A DNA stretch of 64,000 nt from Dehalococcoidia bacterium (GTDB taxonomy: Bacteria > Chloroflexota > Dehalococcoidia > Lucifugimonadales > GCA-2712585), in the NCBI GenBank assembly GCA_965238215.1, contig OZ250180.1, positions 2,052,779-2,116,778 of the forward strand. The letters are read 5' to 3'. Positions 17,305 to 26,680 of this stretch are shown here, in pieces. The translations under genes were made by a program, and so were the position numbers. The notes beneath the pieces are model-generated. The model saw only the letters and a program-made list of their open reading frames with translations. It searched no databases and was not told the DNA's origin. Position 1 is the stretch's first letter, and the number at the start of each line of letters is the position of its first letter.

Positions 17305-18339
17305 TCACGCCTGGGTGAAATCCAGGACTGCGCGCCCGATGCTGCGGCGGTGCTTCATTAACTCAAGAACGGACTCGGCCTGATTCCAGGGGAGGACGCG
17401 GGAGACCGTCGGATGGATTTTTCCTTCGGAGACGAGGCGGGCGGCTTCTTCCACGTGGCGTCGGGATGTTCCAACGGAGCCAATTATCTGAAGCTCCCGG
17501 AAGATGATTTCTGGCAGGGCGATATTGACCTTGTCCCGACGAATCTCGCCGAGAAGTGCGAGTCTGCCGCCTAGGGCGACGGAGTGCAGCGTTTGGGGGA
17601 ATAGGGGTGAGCCTACGGTATCGAGGGCAACGTCGACGCCCCGGTCTTCGGTGAGGGCCAGCACGATTTCGGAAAAGTCCAATTCGCCGGTGGGGATGAC
17701 GTCGGACGCGCCCAGGGCCTCCAGGGACGCGGCCTTGGTTTCGTCGGAAGTGACGGCGAGTACGCGTGCGCCTTTCAGCTTGGCCAGCTGGACCAGGTGC
17801 GCTCCCAATCCGCCGCTGGCGCCGGTGACGAGGACTGCTTCGCCGTCTTGAATTTGGGCCTTCTCAATGGCCTTGACTGTGACGCCGATGGGGCAGGCGA
17901 GGAGGCAAGCTCCAAGCCAGGGGATTCCGTCGGGAATTTTGACCAGGCTGCTTTCCCGCATCGCTATCATCTCTGCCATGCCGCCCTTCATGCCGTGGCC
18001 GATGGCCTGAGCATCCGGGCAAAGGCGTTCCAGGCCCTGGGCGCACCATCGGCATCGTCCGCAGGCGTTGGTTAGGAGGCAGACGACGGGGTCTCCCGGG
18101 TGGACGGCGGTGACGTGGCGGCCCACCTTGGTGACGACGCCGGCGACCTCGTGGCCGGGGACCAGGGGCGTTTGGACGCCGCGGCGGAGAGTCCCCTCCA
18201 TTACCAGCAGGTCGTGGTGGCAGAAGCCGCAGGCGGCCACTTGAACGAGGGCGTCAAAGTCGCCTACGGGAGGCGGGGTAATGTCTGCGACGGTCAGCCG
18301 GGGGGTTGGGCCGGCTTGTTGCAGGACGAGGGCTTTCAT
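17305..18339 (-). CDS. Zn-dependent medium-chain alcohol dehydrogenase/reductase
   Basis: CHHD, GHE, CGRCRWC...C structural Zn site, TGASGGLG. Confidence 0.92.
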   Translation of the reverse strand: MKALVLQQAGPTPRLTVADITPPPVGDFDALVQVAACGFCHHDLLVMEGTLRRGVQTPLVPGHEVAGVVTKVGRHVTAVHPGDPVVCLLTNACGRCRWCAQGLERLCPDAQAIGHGMKGGMAEMIAMRESSLVKIPDGIPWLGACLLACPIGVTVKAIEKAQIQDGEAVLVTGASGGLGAHLVQLAKLKGARVLAVTSDETKAASLEALGASDVIPTGELDFSEIVLALTEDRGVDVALDTVGSPLFPQTLHSVALGGRLALLGEIRRDKVNIALPEIIFRELQIIGSVGTSRRHVEEAARLVSEGKIHPTVSRVLPWNQAESVLELMKHRRSIGRAVLDFTQA

Positions 18340-18357
18340 GGGGCGGTTGTCCGGCAA

Positions 18358-18419
18358 GGGCAGGTTTGAAACCTGGGCCTACGAAGAGGGGGATGGGTCC
18401 CCGCATCCGCGAGGACAAC
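18358..18419. repeat. REP-like cluster (GTAG variant + family B)
   Basis: GGGCAGGTTTGAAACCTGGGCCTAC; GATGGGTCCCCGCATCCGCGAGGACAA. Confidence 0.8.
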
Positions 18420-18519
18420 GAGTGGGGGTTGGGTTGCGGTGGTGTGAGGGGTTGGTTGATAATTGCTCAAGGGGGAACTCCCGAATGTTTCAGACAATCC
18501 TAGCAGAAGGAGCAAACCA

Positions 18520-19377
18520 ATGAAGCTCGGCGCACACGTATCCACCTCCGGCGGCATCGAAACCTCCATCGAAAGGGGGGTGGACATCGGCTGCGAGGCC
18601 ATTCAGATTTTTGGATCGGCGCCCCAGCGGTGGGCCTTCAAGCGCGCGCCCGACGAGAAGATAACCGCTTTCAAAGAGAAACGAGAAGGGTCGGGCATCG
18701 ACTCCGTATTCTTCCACTGCATCTATCTTATCAACCTGGGCACCCCTAAGCCCCAGAACGTGAAGATGGGCATAAAGTCGCTGAAGAACTACATGGACCT
18801 GGCCCATGAGATCGGCGCGGACGGCATTATCTTCCATCCGGGCAGTCACATGGGGAGGGGCTACGACGCCATTCTGAAACAGACGGTGGAGAGCATCATA
18901 GACGTGCTGGAAGATTCGCCGGAGGGGCCCTGGCTCACGCTGGAGAACACGGCGGGCATGGGGCGGCACATCGGCTCCAAGTTCGAGGAGCTGGGGCAGA
19001 TAATTCACACGGTGGGCAGTCCAAGGCTGAAGGTGTGCTTGGACACGGAGCACAGTTTTGCCGCCGGATACGACGTTTCGACAAAGGACGGTCTGGAGGC
19101 GGCGATGGACGAATTCGACCGGGAGATTGGGCTGGACCGGCTGGTGGCCGTCCACGCCAACGACTCGAAGCAGCCGCTGGGGTCGGGCATCGATAGGCAC
19201 GAAAACATCGGCCAGGGACACATCGGCGTGGAGGGGTTCGAGAACATCATGGGACATCCGGCGTTCAGGGACGTGCCCTTCTTCCTGGAGGTGCCTGGCA
19301 TGGAGGGCGGCGGGCCGGACAGGGAGAATTTGGACATCTTGAAGGACATTCGCTCGCGTTTAGGGATTGCCCCTTGA
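18520..19377 (+). CDS. nfo: Endonuclease IV (AP endonuclease)
   Basis: LGAHVS, HPGSH, LENTAG, CLDTEH, HANDSK, DRHENIGQG motifs. Confidence 0.95.
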   Translation: MKLGAHVSTSGGIETSIERGVDIGCEAIQIFGSAPQRWAFKRAPDEKITAFKEKREGSGIDSVFFHCIYLINLGTPKPQNVKMGIKSLKNYMDLAHEIGADGIIFHPGSHMGRGYDAILKQTVESIIDVLEDSPEGPWLTLENTAGMGRHIGSKFEELGQIIHTVGSPRLKVCLDTEHSFAAGYDVSTKDGLEAAMDEFDREIGLDRLVAVHANDSKQPLGSGIDRHENIGQGHIGVEGFENIMGHPAFRDVPFFLEVPGMEGGGPDRENLDILKDIRSRLGIAP

Positions 19378-19748
19378 TTCGACTTAACCCGGAGGATTTC
19401 GAGGATATGGTTGTCCAGTGCTACGAAGGGCTGCCGGAGGGGTTGCTGGTGTACCTGGAGAATCTGGACATCGTGGTGGAGGAGTGGCCCAGCGAAGAGG
19501 TGTTGGGGGATACTGACGTGGGAAGTCCCAATGGCCTGCTGGGGTTGTACACGGGGGTTCCCCGGCCGGAGCGGGGAGACGATCTGCCCTTTCTGCCCGA
19601 CAAGATTGCGCTGTTCCAGCGTCCGATAGAGGAGATCTGCGGCTCCCGGGAGGAGGTGGCGGAGGAGGTGCGGAAGACGCTGTTGCACGAGGTGGGGCAC
19701 TACTTGGGGATGGACGAGGAGTATTTGGAGCGGCTGGGGTATTCTTAG
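19374..19748 (+). CDS. Minimal zincin-like metallopeptidase (DUF1025/Zincin_1)
   Basis: LLGLYTGVP, PDKIALFQRPI, HEVGHYLG. Confidence 0.9.
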   Translation: MIRLNPEDFEDMVVQCYEGLPEGLLVYLENLDIVVEEWPSEEVLGDTDVGSPNGLLGLYTGVPRPERGDDLPFLPDKIALFQRPIEEICGSREEVAEEVRKTLLHEVGHYLGMDEEYLERLGYS

Positions 19749-19813
19749 GGAGGAATCTGGAATCAAACGGATGTGACTATTCGGCGAGGGCCTCTCCTGT
19801 CGGTTCGGTAATC

Positions 19814-19885
19814 CTATGCCGCTCCATGCTGCGTACTCAGGCTCCCCCGGTCGGCGTTGAATACCTCAGACCTTCCGCGACTAAC
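19814..19885 (-). mobile_element. Degenerate IS3-family transposase fragment
   Basis: VSRGRSEVFNADRGSLST resembles the IS3 integrase-core GxPEIFNTDQGSQFT motif. Confidence 0.45.
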
Positions 19886-19996
19886 TGTCACGACTTGACA
19901 TCCAATCGAAGGGTTTCCAGTATGGTACGCTCGACTCTGCCAAGAAACGTTGTTGATGCTCGTCCTCAATGTTTGAAAATACATAGGAGCGCACAA

Positions 19997-20779
19997 GTGG
20001 AAGACGAAATACCTGAACGACAAAGGGACATTCAAGGTAAGCAGGGCTTTCAAAATACAAGCGAGAGTGCGTCGGCGCCGTCGAGCGGACAGTCAGAGAG
20101 AACCGACACTGTGAATTTCTGGAATGATGTTTGGTCCACAATGGAGCACTCCTTCGCAGATCATGACGAATTGCTGGAGGAACACACCAAAGATCTAAAA
20201 CCTGGGCGCGCTATGGATCTGGGATGCGGCTCGGGCGGAAACGCGGTGTGGTTGGCCGAGCGAGGTTGGCGGGTAACTGCGGTTGACTTCTCCGAGGTTG
20301 CCATTGAGAAGGGAAGGATACGTGCGTTTGAAAGAGGGGTTGAGGTGGAGTTTCTAGTATCGGACGTGACCACTTTCAGGCCGGATGGGAAGTACGACCT
20401 GGTCATGTCCTTCTATATACAGCTATGGTCTGAGCAGCGGGCGCAGATGCTCACAGAAGCCGCCAAAGCCTTGAATGCGAGGGGCAGGCTTCTCTTTGTA
20501 AGTCATGATCGATCGGCTCCGCCCGAGGGGTGGAGCAAGGAGGACCTGGAGTCGCTGACAACGCCGCTTCAGGTGGCCGCTGAGCTTGCGGGCTTGAGGA
20601 TAGAGCGAGCGGAAATCGTACAGGAGAACGGATCTCACGCAAAGCATGGCGCAGGCTCGATAGGACCGGAAACGTATGGGAGCAGTGAGGACCGCAGTCA
20701 CCACAGCGAAGAGCGTGAAGGCGATGGCCGTTCCCATGGCGCTGCCACCACGGTGGTGGTGGCAGTAAAGGAAGAATAG
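19997..20779 (+). CDS. Class I SAM-dependent methyltransferase (TehB/TPMT-like)
   Basis: MDLGCGSGGN, VTAVDFS motifs; GTG 19997 after AGGAG. Confidence 0.88.
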   Translation: MEDEIPERQRDIQGKQGFQNTSESASAPSSGQSERTDTVNFWNDVWSTMEHSFADHDELLEEHTKDLKPGRAMDLGCGSGGNAVWLAERGWRVTAVDFSEVAIEKGRIRAFERGVEVEFLVSDVTTFRPDGKYDLVMSFYIQLWSEQRAQMLTEAAKALNARGRLLFVSHDRSAPPEGWSKEDLESLTTPLQVAAELAGLRIERAEIVQENGSHAKHGAGSIGPETYGSSEDRSHHSEEREGDGRSHGAATTVVVAVKEE

Positions 20780-20919
20780 GCTTGAGCGGCTGGGGTATTC
20801 TTGGGGGTGGGTTCAACTGTGCTAATGATGGCAACGAGAGTAGTAGTGGTTTACAATTGGCGAAAGACCTAAATCTTCGAACTACACAGGCACGTTAGGA
20901 ATGAGGTAATTTTCTTAGA

Positions 20920-22050
20920 ATGGTGAGATTTCTGCATACGGCTGACTGGCAGCTCGGCATGACCAGGCATTTTCTGAGTGAGGAAGCGCAAGCACGCTTC
21001 AGTGCCGCACGGCTCGACGTAATTGGGGAGATGGGTAATCTTGCTATCAATGAAGGCTGCGAGTTTGTGGTAGTGTGCGGTGACGTATTTGATTCGAACC
21101 AGGTGGAGCGGCAGGTGCTCACGCGGGCCTTCGAAAAGATGGCTGCGATTCCCAAGGTCACATTTTACCTGCTGCCCGGCAACCACGATCCGCTCGACGC
21201 GTCGTCAATCTATAGGTCGCCGACCTTTACCAAGCACCGACCTGACAACGTGAAAGTGCTGGATGGTTCAGCGGCGGTGCAGGCAGTTCCCGGGGTCGAG
21301 TTAATTCCCGCACCCTGGCCGAATAAGCATCCTGTCACGGACCTAGTGGCCTCCACTTACCAAGGACTTGAACCGACCTACGCCGTCCGCATCGTCGTGG
21401 GGCATGGGGCCGTCGACTACAAGAATCCAAACCCAGATGATCCGAAACTAATTGGTCTGGAGCGCTTGGAGGAGAAGATCAGGGCGGGGCTGATTCATTA
21501 TGTCGCTCTTGGAGACCGGCACTCCACAACCGACGTGGGCGACACCGGCCGGGTCTGGTATGCGGGCGCCCCCGAGCCAACTGCCTACGTCGAAAAGGAT
21601 CCGGGGAATGTGCTCCTAGTCGACGTGGATGCCAAGAATGTGAACGTGAAGCGCAGACAGCTGGCTACTTGGCGGTTTGTGAGCTACGAATGTCAGATTA
21701 GCGGCGACGGGGATATCGACGCCCTTGAGGAATGGCTTACGAGCTTGAAAAACAAAGACCGCGCCATCGTCAAACTTACGATGGTCGGCCAGGTGTCTCT
21801 GGCTCAGAAGGCGCGGCTTGACGGGATGCTGGAATACAACTCCGACCTTCTGGCGGCCTTGGATACATGGGAGAGGCGGAGCGAACTTGTGGTCATTCCC
21901 GACGGCTTGGACCATGAGCGACTTGGGTTGTCGGGCTTTGCCAAAGAGGCCTTTCGAGACCTGCGCGAGATGGCCGAATCAGGCGACAAGACCCAAGAGG
22001 CCCAGGACGCCTTGGGATTGTTGTATAGACTAGCGGGGTCTCGCGAGTGA
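20920..22050 (+). CDS. Mre11/SbcD-like metallophosphoesterase nuclease
   Basis: HTADWQLG, GDVFD, PGNHD, HG, YVALGDRH motifs. Confidence 0.92.
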   Translation: MVRFLHTADWQLGMTRHFLSEEAQARFSAARLDVIGEMGNLAINEGCEFVVVCGDVFDSNQVERQVLTRAFEKMAAIPKVTFYLLPGNHDPLDASSIYRSPTFTKHRPDNVKVLDGSAAVQAVPGVELIPAPWPNKHPVTDLVASTYQGLEPTYAVRIVVGHGAVDYKNPNPDDPKLIGLERLEEKIRAGLIHYVALGDRHSTTDVGDTGRVWYAGAPEPTAYVEKDPGNVLLVDVDAKNVNVKRRQLATWRFVSYECQISGDGDIDALEEWLTSLKNKDRAIVKLTMVGQVSLAQKARLDGMLEYNSDLLAALDTWERRSELVVIPDGLDHERLGLSGFAKEAFRDLREMAESGDKTQEAQDALGLLYRLAGSRE

Positions 22051-24680
22051 AGCTGCATCGCATACGTCTGCAGAACTTCCGCGGTGTGTCCGAAAGCGAG
22101 GTGAACTTCGCCGAGAGCGGCGTTACGATCGTCGAGGGGCCTAACGAGATAGGCAAGAGTTCTATAGCCGAAGCGCTTCAGATGGCCATCGAAGTGCCAG
22201 ACTCGTCCAAGAAGGCTCAGGTCATATCCGTCAAACCCGTTGACGCTGATGTGGGGCCTGAGGTGGAGATTGAGATGTCAACCGGCGAATACACGCTGGT
22301 TTACCAGAAGCGATGGCTTCGCAGTCCCAAGACGACTCTCACGGTCACGTCTCCACGGAGCGAGAATCACACCAGCCGCGAAGCGCACAACCGGTTGGAG
22401 GAGATCTTAGCTGAGACTATGGACGATAATCTTTGGCGTGCGCTGCGAATCGAACAGGGTATACAGTTAAATCTCCCGGCCTTTTCCATGCCGGCAATGC
22501 GCAGAGCTTTGGATCACGCCGCGGGCGGGGAGACCGCTCCCGACGATGACGACACTCTTTGGGAGCGTGTCAAGGAGGAGTACGAGAAGTACTGGACTTC
22601 CAAAACGGGCCGCCCGAAGGGTGAACGAAGGTTGTCTGAAGACCGGGTTAAGGCGGCTGAGGAAGAAGCCATCATTTTGGAGGGGCAGATCAAGGAAGTC
22701 GAGAGGGATGCGGAGCAGATGGTCCGGCTGGCGGCCGAAGTAGCTCGAATTAGCGCCACTCGAGACGAGTTGGAGAGGAGCGAGCGCGACTTCGCTGAGA
22801 AGTGGGACTCTCTTGAGCGGATACGCAGAGACGTTGAGCGTCTGGAAGACAGGTGTAAGGCGGCGGAATCGAAGCGGAACCAGGTGGCCGGCGAATGGAA
22901 CCGGCGCCAGGAGCTGATTGGAAACCTGAACGACCGGACTAAGGATCTAGACGCCCTCGAAGCTGAAGTGGCGGCGGCGGCGCCGGCCCTTGCGGCAGCC
23001 ATACGCCGCGACGAGGAAGCCGCCGATGTCCTCAAGAAGGCCGCCGATGCGCTTCGAGACGCCGAGAGCAGGCGTGCCAGAGCGGTTGCGGACCGCGACT
23101 TTTTGCGTCAACAGATTGAAGTGGCTCAAATCACCGAACGCTATGACCGGTATGTCAAGGCCGAGCAAACCCTCAAAGAAGCTGAAGATTACTTGGAATT
23201 CTCCAAAGTCGATGACAAAGCGCGCGACGAGATCGAACGGGCCCATCTTGAAGATCAGCGGGCGAAAGCGGCTACCGATAGCGCATCCGCTTTCGTTGAA
23301 ACAACGGCGTTGGCAGACATTACGATGCAGGTTGCAGGCAAGGACGTTCGGTTGGCTGCGGACGAAGTCGACAACACCCAGGTGGAGGACGAGGTTGAGT
23401 TCGTCATTCCTGGCATTGCGCGGATGCGCGTGAGCGCGGGGCCCAAGGCGAAGGAGCTGGCCGAACGTCGCAGCCGCACCAATGCGGCCTACCGGCGCCT
23501 GTGCGACGAGGTTGGCGTGGCCGACTTCGACGAAGCGAGGAGGGCGGCGCAGGAGCGTCGGGACGCCTTGCGAGATCGTGATGAAGCCCGCCAGTCGATT
23601 AAGAATGACCTTCGGGATCTCACTCCCGATATTCTTCTGGCGAAGATTGAGCAGCTAACGGAGAGGGTGACGGCTTATCCCGTGGAACGTCCTGAGGCCC
23701 CACCTCTCCCTGCGAATTACGATGAAGCCGAAAGCCTGGCTTCGAAGCTGGAAGGACTTGTCGGCGACTGTCAAAGCGAATTGCGTTCGCGCGAAGAGAC
23801 GGCGGATAAGGCTAAAGACGAATTCAATGGTGCTCGGGTTAATGAGGCCGAACTTGAGGCGAAGAGGAAGATGGCGCTCAACAACAGGGAGGAAGTAAGG
23901 AGCCGCCTCGACGCAGCGAGGAAGAGCCAATCCGATGAAGACCTAGCGGGCACGCTTGTCGTGGCGCAACAGGAGTTCGACGACTCCCTCAAGTCTATGG
24001 AAGAGGTCGAAGCCAAGCTGCAAGCAGCGGATCCGGATTCTCTGGAGGTCCGCCTAAAGAACACTCGAGAAGCCAAGAGACGTGCCGTTATAGATCTCCA
24101 ATCCAATAGAGATCGCCAAAATGAGCTTCGCGTTAGCTTGGAAATACGGGGAGAAATGGGACTGCAAGGCTCCTACGACGAGGTCCTAAGCCAATGGGAG
24201 CAGTTGAAGCGGGAGCATGAACGCTCTGAAGCGCGCGCCATGGCGGCACGGCTTCTGCTCGAGACGTTTGAAAGACACCGCAGCCGGGCCCACCAGCGTT
24301 ACGTTGAACCATTTAAGAAGCGCATCGACGAGTTTGGGCGCATTGTATTTGGCAAAACGTTTTCGGTTGAGCTAAACGAAGACCTTGAGGTGGTGAGTCG
24401 TGCGTTGGGCGGCAAGACGCTAGATTTGGTCCAACTGAGTACAGGGACGAGGGAGCAGCTTGGCGTACTGAGTCGGCTGGCGTGTGCAAAACTGGTGAGC
24501 CTCGATGATGGGGGAGCGCCTGTGATGATTGATGATGCGCTGGGTTGGAGTGACCCGCAGCGATTACAGAGCATGGGGGCGGCCATAGCGGCAGCGGGAC
24601 AACAGTGTCAGGTGGTGATACTCACCTGCACGCCGGGGCGCTACTCCTACGTGGGGAACGCGAAGGTAGTCACCCTTTAG
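22047..24680 (+). CDS. Rad50/SbcC-like (YhaN-type) SMC ATPase
   Basis: Walker A GPNEIGKS, long coiled coil, LSTGTREQ signature, IDDALG Walker B; GTGA overlap with nuclease. Confidence 0.92.
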   Translation: MKLHRIRLQNFRGVSESEVNFAESGVTIVEGPNEIGKSSIAEALQMAIEVPDSSKKAQVISVKPVDADVGPEVEIEMSTGEYTLVYQKRWLRSPKTTLTVTSPRSENHTSREAHNRLEEILAETMDDNLWRALRIEQGIQLNLPAFSMPAMRRALDHAAGGETAPDDDDTLWERVKEEYEKYWTSKTGRPKGERRLSEDRVKAAEEEAIILEGQIKEVERDAEQMVRLAAEVARISATRDELERSERDFAEKWDSLERIRRDVERLEDRCKAAESKRNQVAGEWNRRQELIGNLNDRTKDLDALEAEVAAAAPALAAAIRRDEEAADVLKKAADALRDAESRRARAVADRDFLRQQIEVAQITERYDRYVKAEQTLKEAEDYLEFSKVDDKARDEIERAHLEDQRAKAATDSASAFVETTALADITMQVAGKDVRLAADEVDNTQVEDEVEFVIPGIARMRVSAGPKAKELAERRSRTNAAYRRLCDEVGVADFDEARRAAQERRDALRDRDEARQSIKNDLRDLTPDILLAKIEQLTERVTAYPVERPEAPPLPANYDEAESLASKLEGLVGDCQSELRSREETADKAKDEFNGARVNEAELEAKRKMALNNREEVRSRLDAARKSQSDEDLAGTLVVAQQEFDDSLKSMEEVEAKLQAADPDSLEVRLKNTREAKRRAVIDLQSNRDRQNELRVSLEIRGEMGLQGSYDEVLSQWEQLKREHERSEARAMAARLLLETFERHRSRAHQRYVEPFKKRIDEFGRIVFGKTFSVELNEDLEVVSRALGGKTLDLVQLSTGTREQLGVLSRLACAKLVSLDDGGAPVMIDDALGWSDPQRLQSMGAAIAAAGQQCQVVILTCTPGRYSYVGNAKVVTL

Positions 24681-24713
24681 GTCGAAATCCGGCGGGCGGT
24701 TTGGGTCATCTCG

Positions 24714-26576
24714 TTACCGCAGCACGCGTTTGTCGCCGGTGCGGCGGGTGACGCGCTGTTGGTCGAGGTATTCCAGCAGGGGCAGGACGTATTTGCGGCT
24801 GGAGTCCAGCAGGGTGCGTGCCTCCGCAACGGTGATGCTGCCGTGTTCTTCCACGTGGCGGGTGACGGCCTGCACCATGCGGCGGTAGGCGTCGGCGCTG
24901 AACACTACGGAGCCGTCGACTTTCACCACCTGCTTGCGGTTGATGAGGAGGGCGAGAAGCTCCGGGCTGACGTCGCCGTCGGTGGGAGGGGAGAAGGGGT
25001 TGGCGTCCAGTTGGGCGACGTAGGTCTGGGCCGCTTTCTCCTGAGCCAGGGTTAATGTTGCCTGGTAGCCGGGGGAGCGAACGACGGCTCCGTCTTCGTC
25101 CACCAACTTTTCGTCCACCAGGCGGGCCAGGAGGTGGGGGAAACCGGCGGCAGAGACGCCCAGGCGGTTCCTGAATTCCTCCTTGGGGATGCCCCGTCGA
25201 AGGGGATGGCGTCCGTGGAACTCCTTGAGGGTTGCGGCGCACTGGCGCTTGAGACGCTGCCAACCCCTGCGGGAGTAGACTTGGGAGCCGGGGCCGGCCT
25301 TGGTCCCTCCCAGCAAGGTAACACCGCCCTGTTTCGCCAGGTCTTCGATGACGGGCCGGACGTCGGCGAGGGTGAGGTTGCTGCGCTGAGCCAAAGCGGT
25401 CAGGTCGCATGGCCCCCACTGATCAACGGCTCCAAGGATCAGCTCCTCCAGGGTGCCCTCCTCCATGGCCTGCAGGCTCTTCAGCACCGAGGCGGTGAAG
25501 GGTCGATGACGGCGAGGGAAGGGGTCAACAACTTTGCCGCCGCCGATGGTGGTTTCCGTGGAGCGGACGACAAAGAAGTCGCCCTTGACGAGGGGCACCG
25601 GGTTGGTGAGGTGAATTTGCGCCCAGGCTTCGCGGCCCGGCAGAAGCTGCCGAGCGTCTAGGAGTCGAACCCTGGCTCCCGTTTCGCTGACGTGAGAGTG
25701 GAAAGAAACGCGGGCGTTGTGTTTCATGGGGCGGGGAGCATCGGCGAGCAGCTTCACCTTGGCGTCGAGCATTGTGGTGGGTTGGAGCCAGCCAGAGGTG
25801 GTGACGGTCTCGCCACGCTCGGCCTTGTCGTAGGAGACGCCGGAGATGTTGACGGCGAGACGGCGTCCTGGGTCTGCCTCCGTCAGCTTTTGACGGTGGC
25901 TCTGCAGGCCCCGGATTCGCCCCCGGCGATGGGAAGGGACAAGTTCCACATCCTGGCCCACGCGAAGGGTACCGTCGATGAGAGTGCCGGTGACGACGGT
26001 GCCGAAGCCCGAAACGGTGAACGAACGGTCCACGGCCAAACGGGGGCGGCCCAAGTCCGGCCGGGGCGAGGTGGCGGCGAGGATCTCGTCCATCTTCTGT
26101 AGGAGGTCGTCCAGCCCCTGGCCGGTGCGGGCGGAAAGGGTGATGATGGCTGCGTCTTCGAGGACGGTGTCCTGGAGGGCTTCCACCGTCTCCATTTCGG
26201 CTAGCTCCAGGAGGTCTTCGTCCACGAGGTCGGCCTTTGTCAGGGCGACCAGCCCCCTTCGGACGTTGAGCAGGTCCAGGATGGCGAGATGTTCGCGAGT
26301 CTGAGGCATGACGCCTTCGTCGGCGGCCACCACCAGCAGGGCCATGTCGATGCCGCCGACACCAGCAAGCATGTTGCGGACGAAGCGTTCATGGCCGGGA
26401 ACGTCGATGATGCTGACTTCCTGTCCGGACGGAAGGGTGAGCCAGGCGAAGCCCAAGTCTATGGTCATGCCCCGTTCTCGCTCCTGGGGCAGACGGTCGG
26501 GGTTGATGCCCGTTAGAGCCTCGATGAGGGTGGACTTACCGTGGTCCACGTGGCCTGCGGTGCCGACGACGTACAT
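24714..26576 (-). CDS. selB: Selenocysteine-specific elongation factor
   Basis: GHVDHGKS, RGMTIDLGF, DVPGHERF, C-terminal winged helices with SRKYVLPLLEYLD. Confidence 0.96.
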   Translation of the reverse strand: MYVVGTAGHVDHGKSTLIEALTGINPDRLPQERERGMTIDLGFAWLTLPSGQEVSIIDVPGHERFVRNMLAGVGGIDMALLVVAADEGVMPQTREHLAILDLLNVRRGLVALTKADLVDEDLLELAEMETVEALQDTVLEDAAIITLSARTGQGLDDLLQKMDEILAATSPRPDLGRPRLAVDRSFTVSGFGTVVTGTLIDGTLRVGQDVELVPSHRRGRIRGLQSHRQKLTEADPGRRLAVNISGVSYDKAERGETVTTSGWLQPTTMLDAKVKLLADAPRPMKHNARVSFHSHVSETGARVRLLDARQLLPGREAWAQIHLTNPVPLVKGDFFVVRSTETTIGGGKVVDPFPRRHRPFTASVLKSLQAMEEGTLEELILGAVDQWGPCDLTALAQRSNLTLADVRPVIEDLAKQGGVTLLGGTKAGPGSQVYSRRGWQRLKRQCAATLKEFHGRHPLRRGIPKEEFRNRLGVSAAGFPHLLARLVDEKLVDEDGAVVRSPGYQATLTLAQEKAAQTYVAQLDANPFSPPTDGDVSPELLALLINRKQVVKVDGSVVFSADAYRRMVQAVTRHVEEHGSITVAEARTLLDSSRKYVLPLLEYLDQQRVTRRTGDKRVLR

Positions 26577-26680
26577 GCTGACTTCCGAAGTTAGAGTGGA
26601 TGCAAGGATATCAGCATAGGCGGCTGGGGGGCAATTTGGGGCGGACCGGTGGAAGCCGCTGCGCGGGAGCTAGGAGGAGG

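Larger units (their letters stand above)
19728..20802 (+). repeat. 19-bp direct repeat of the zincin gene 3' end bounding a ~1.06 kb insert
   Basis: GAGCGGCTGGGGTATTCTT at 19728-19746 and 20784-20802. Confidence 0.88.

Noticed and set aside
12349..20819. Shared GGGTTCAACTG beside the GmrSD-like and Mre11-like inserts as a common att site
   Set aside because: An 11-mer match is expected by chance in 64 kb, and the flanks do not align further
26577..26680. tRNA-Sec (selC) beside selB
   Set aside because: No cloverleaf, UCA anticodon arm or T-loop consensus
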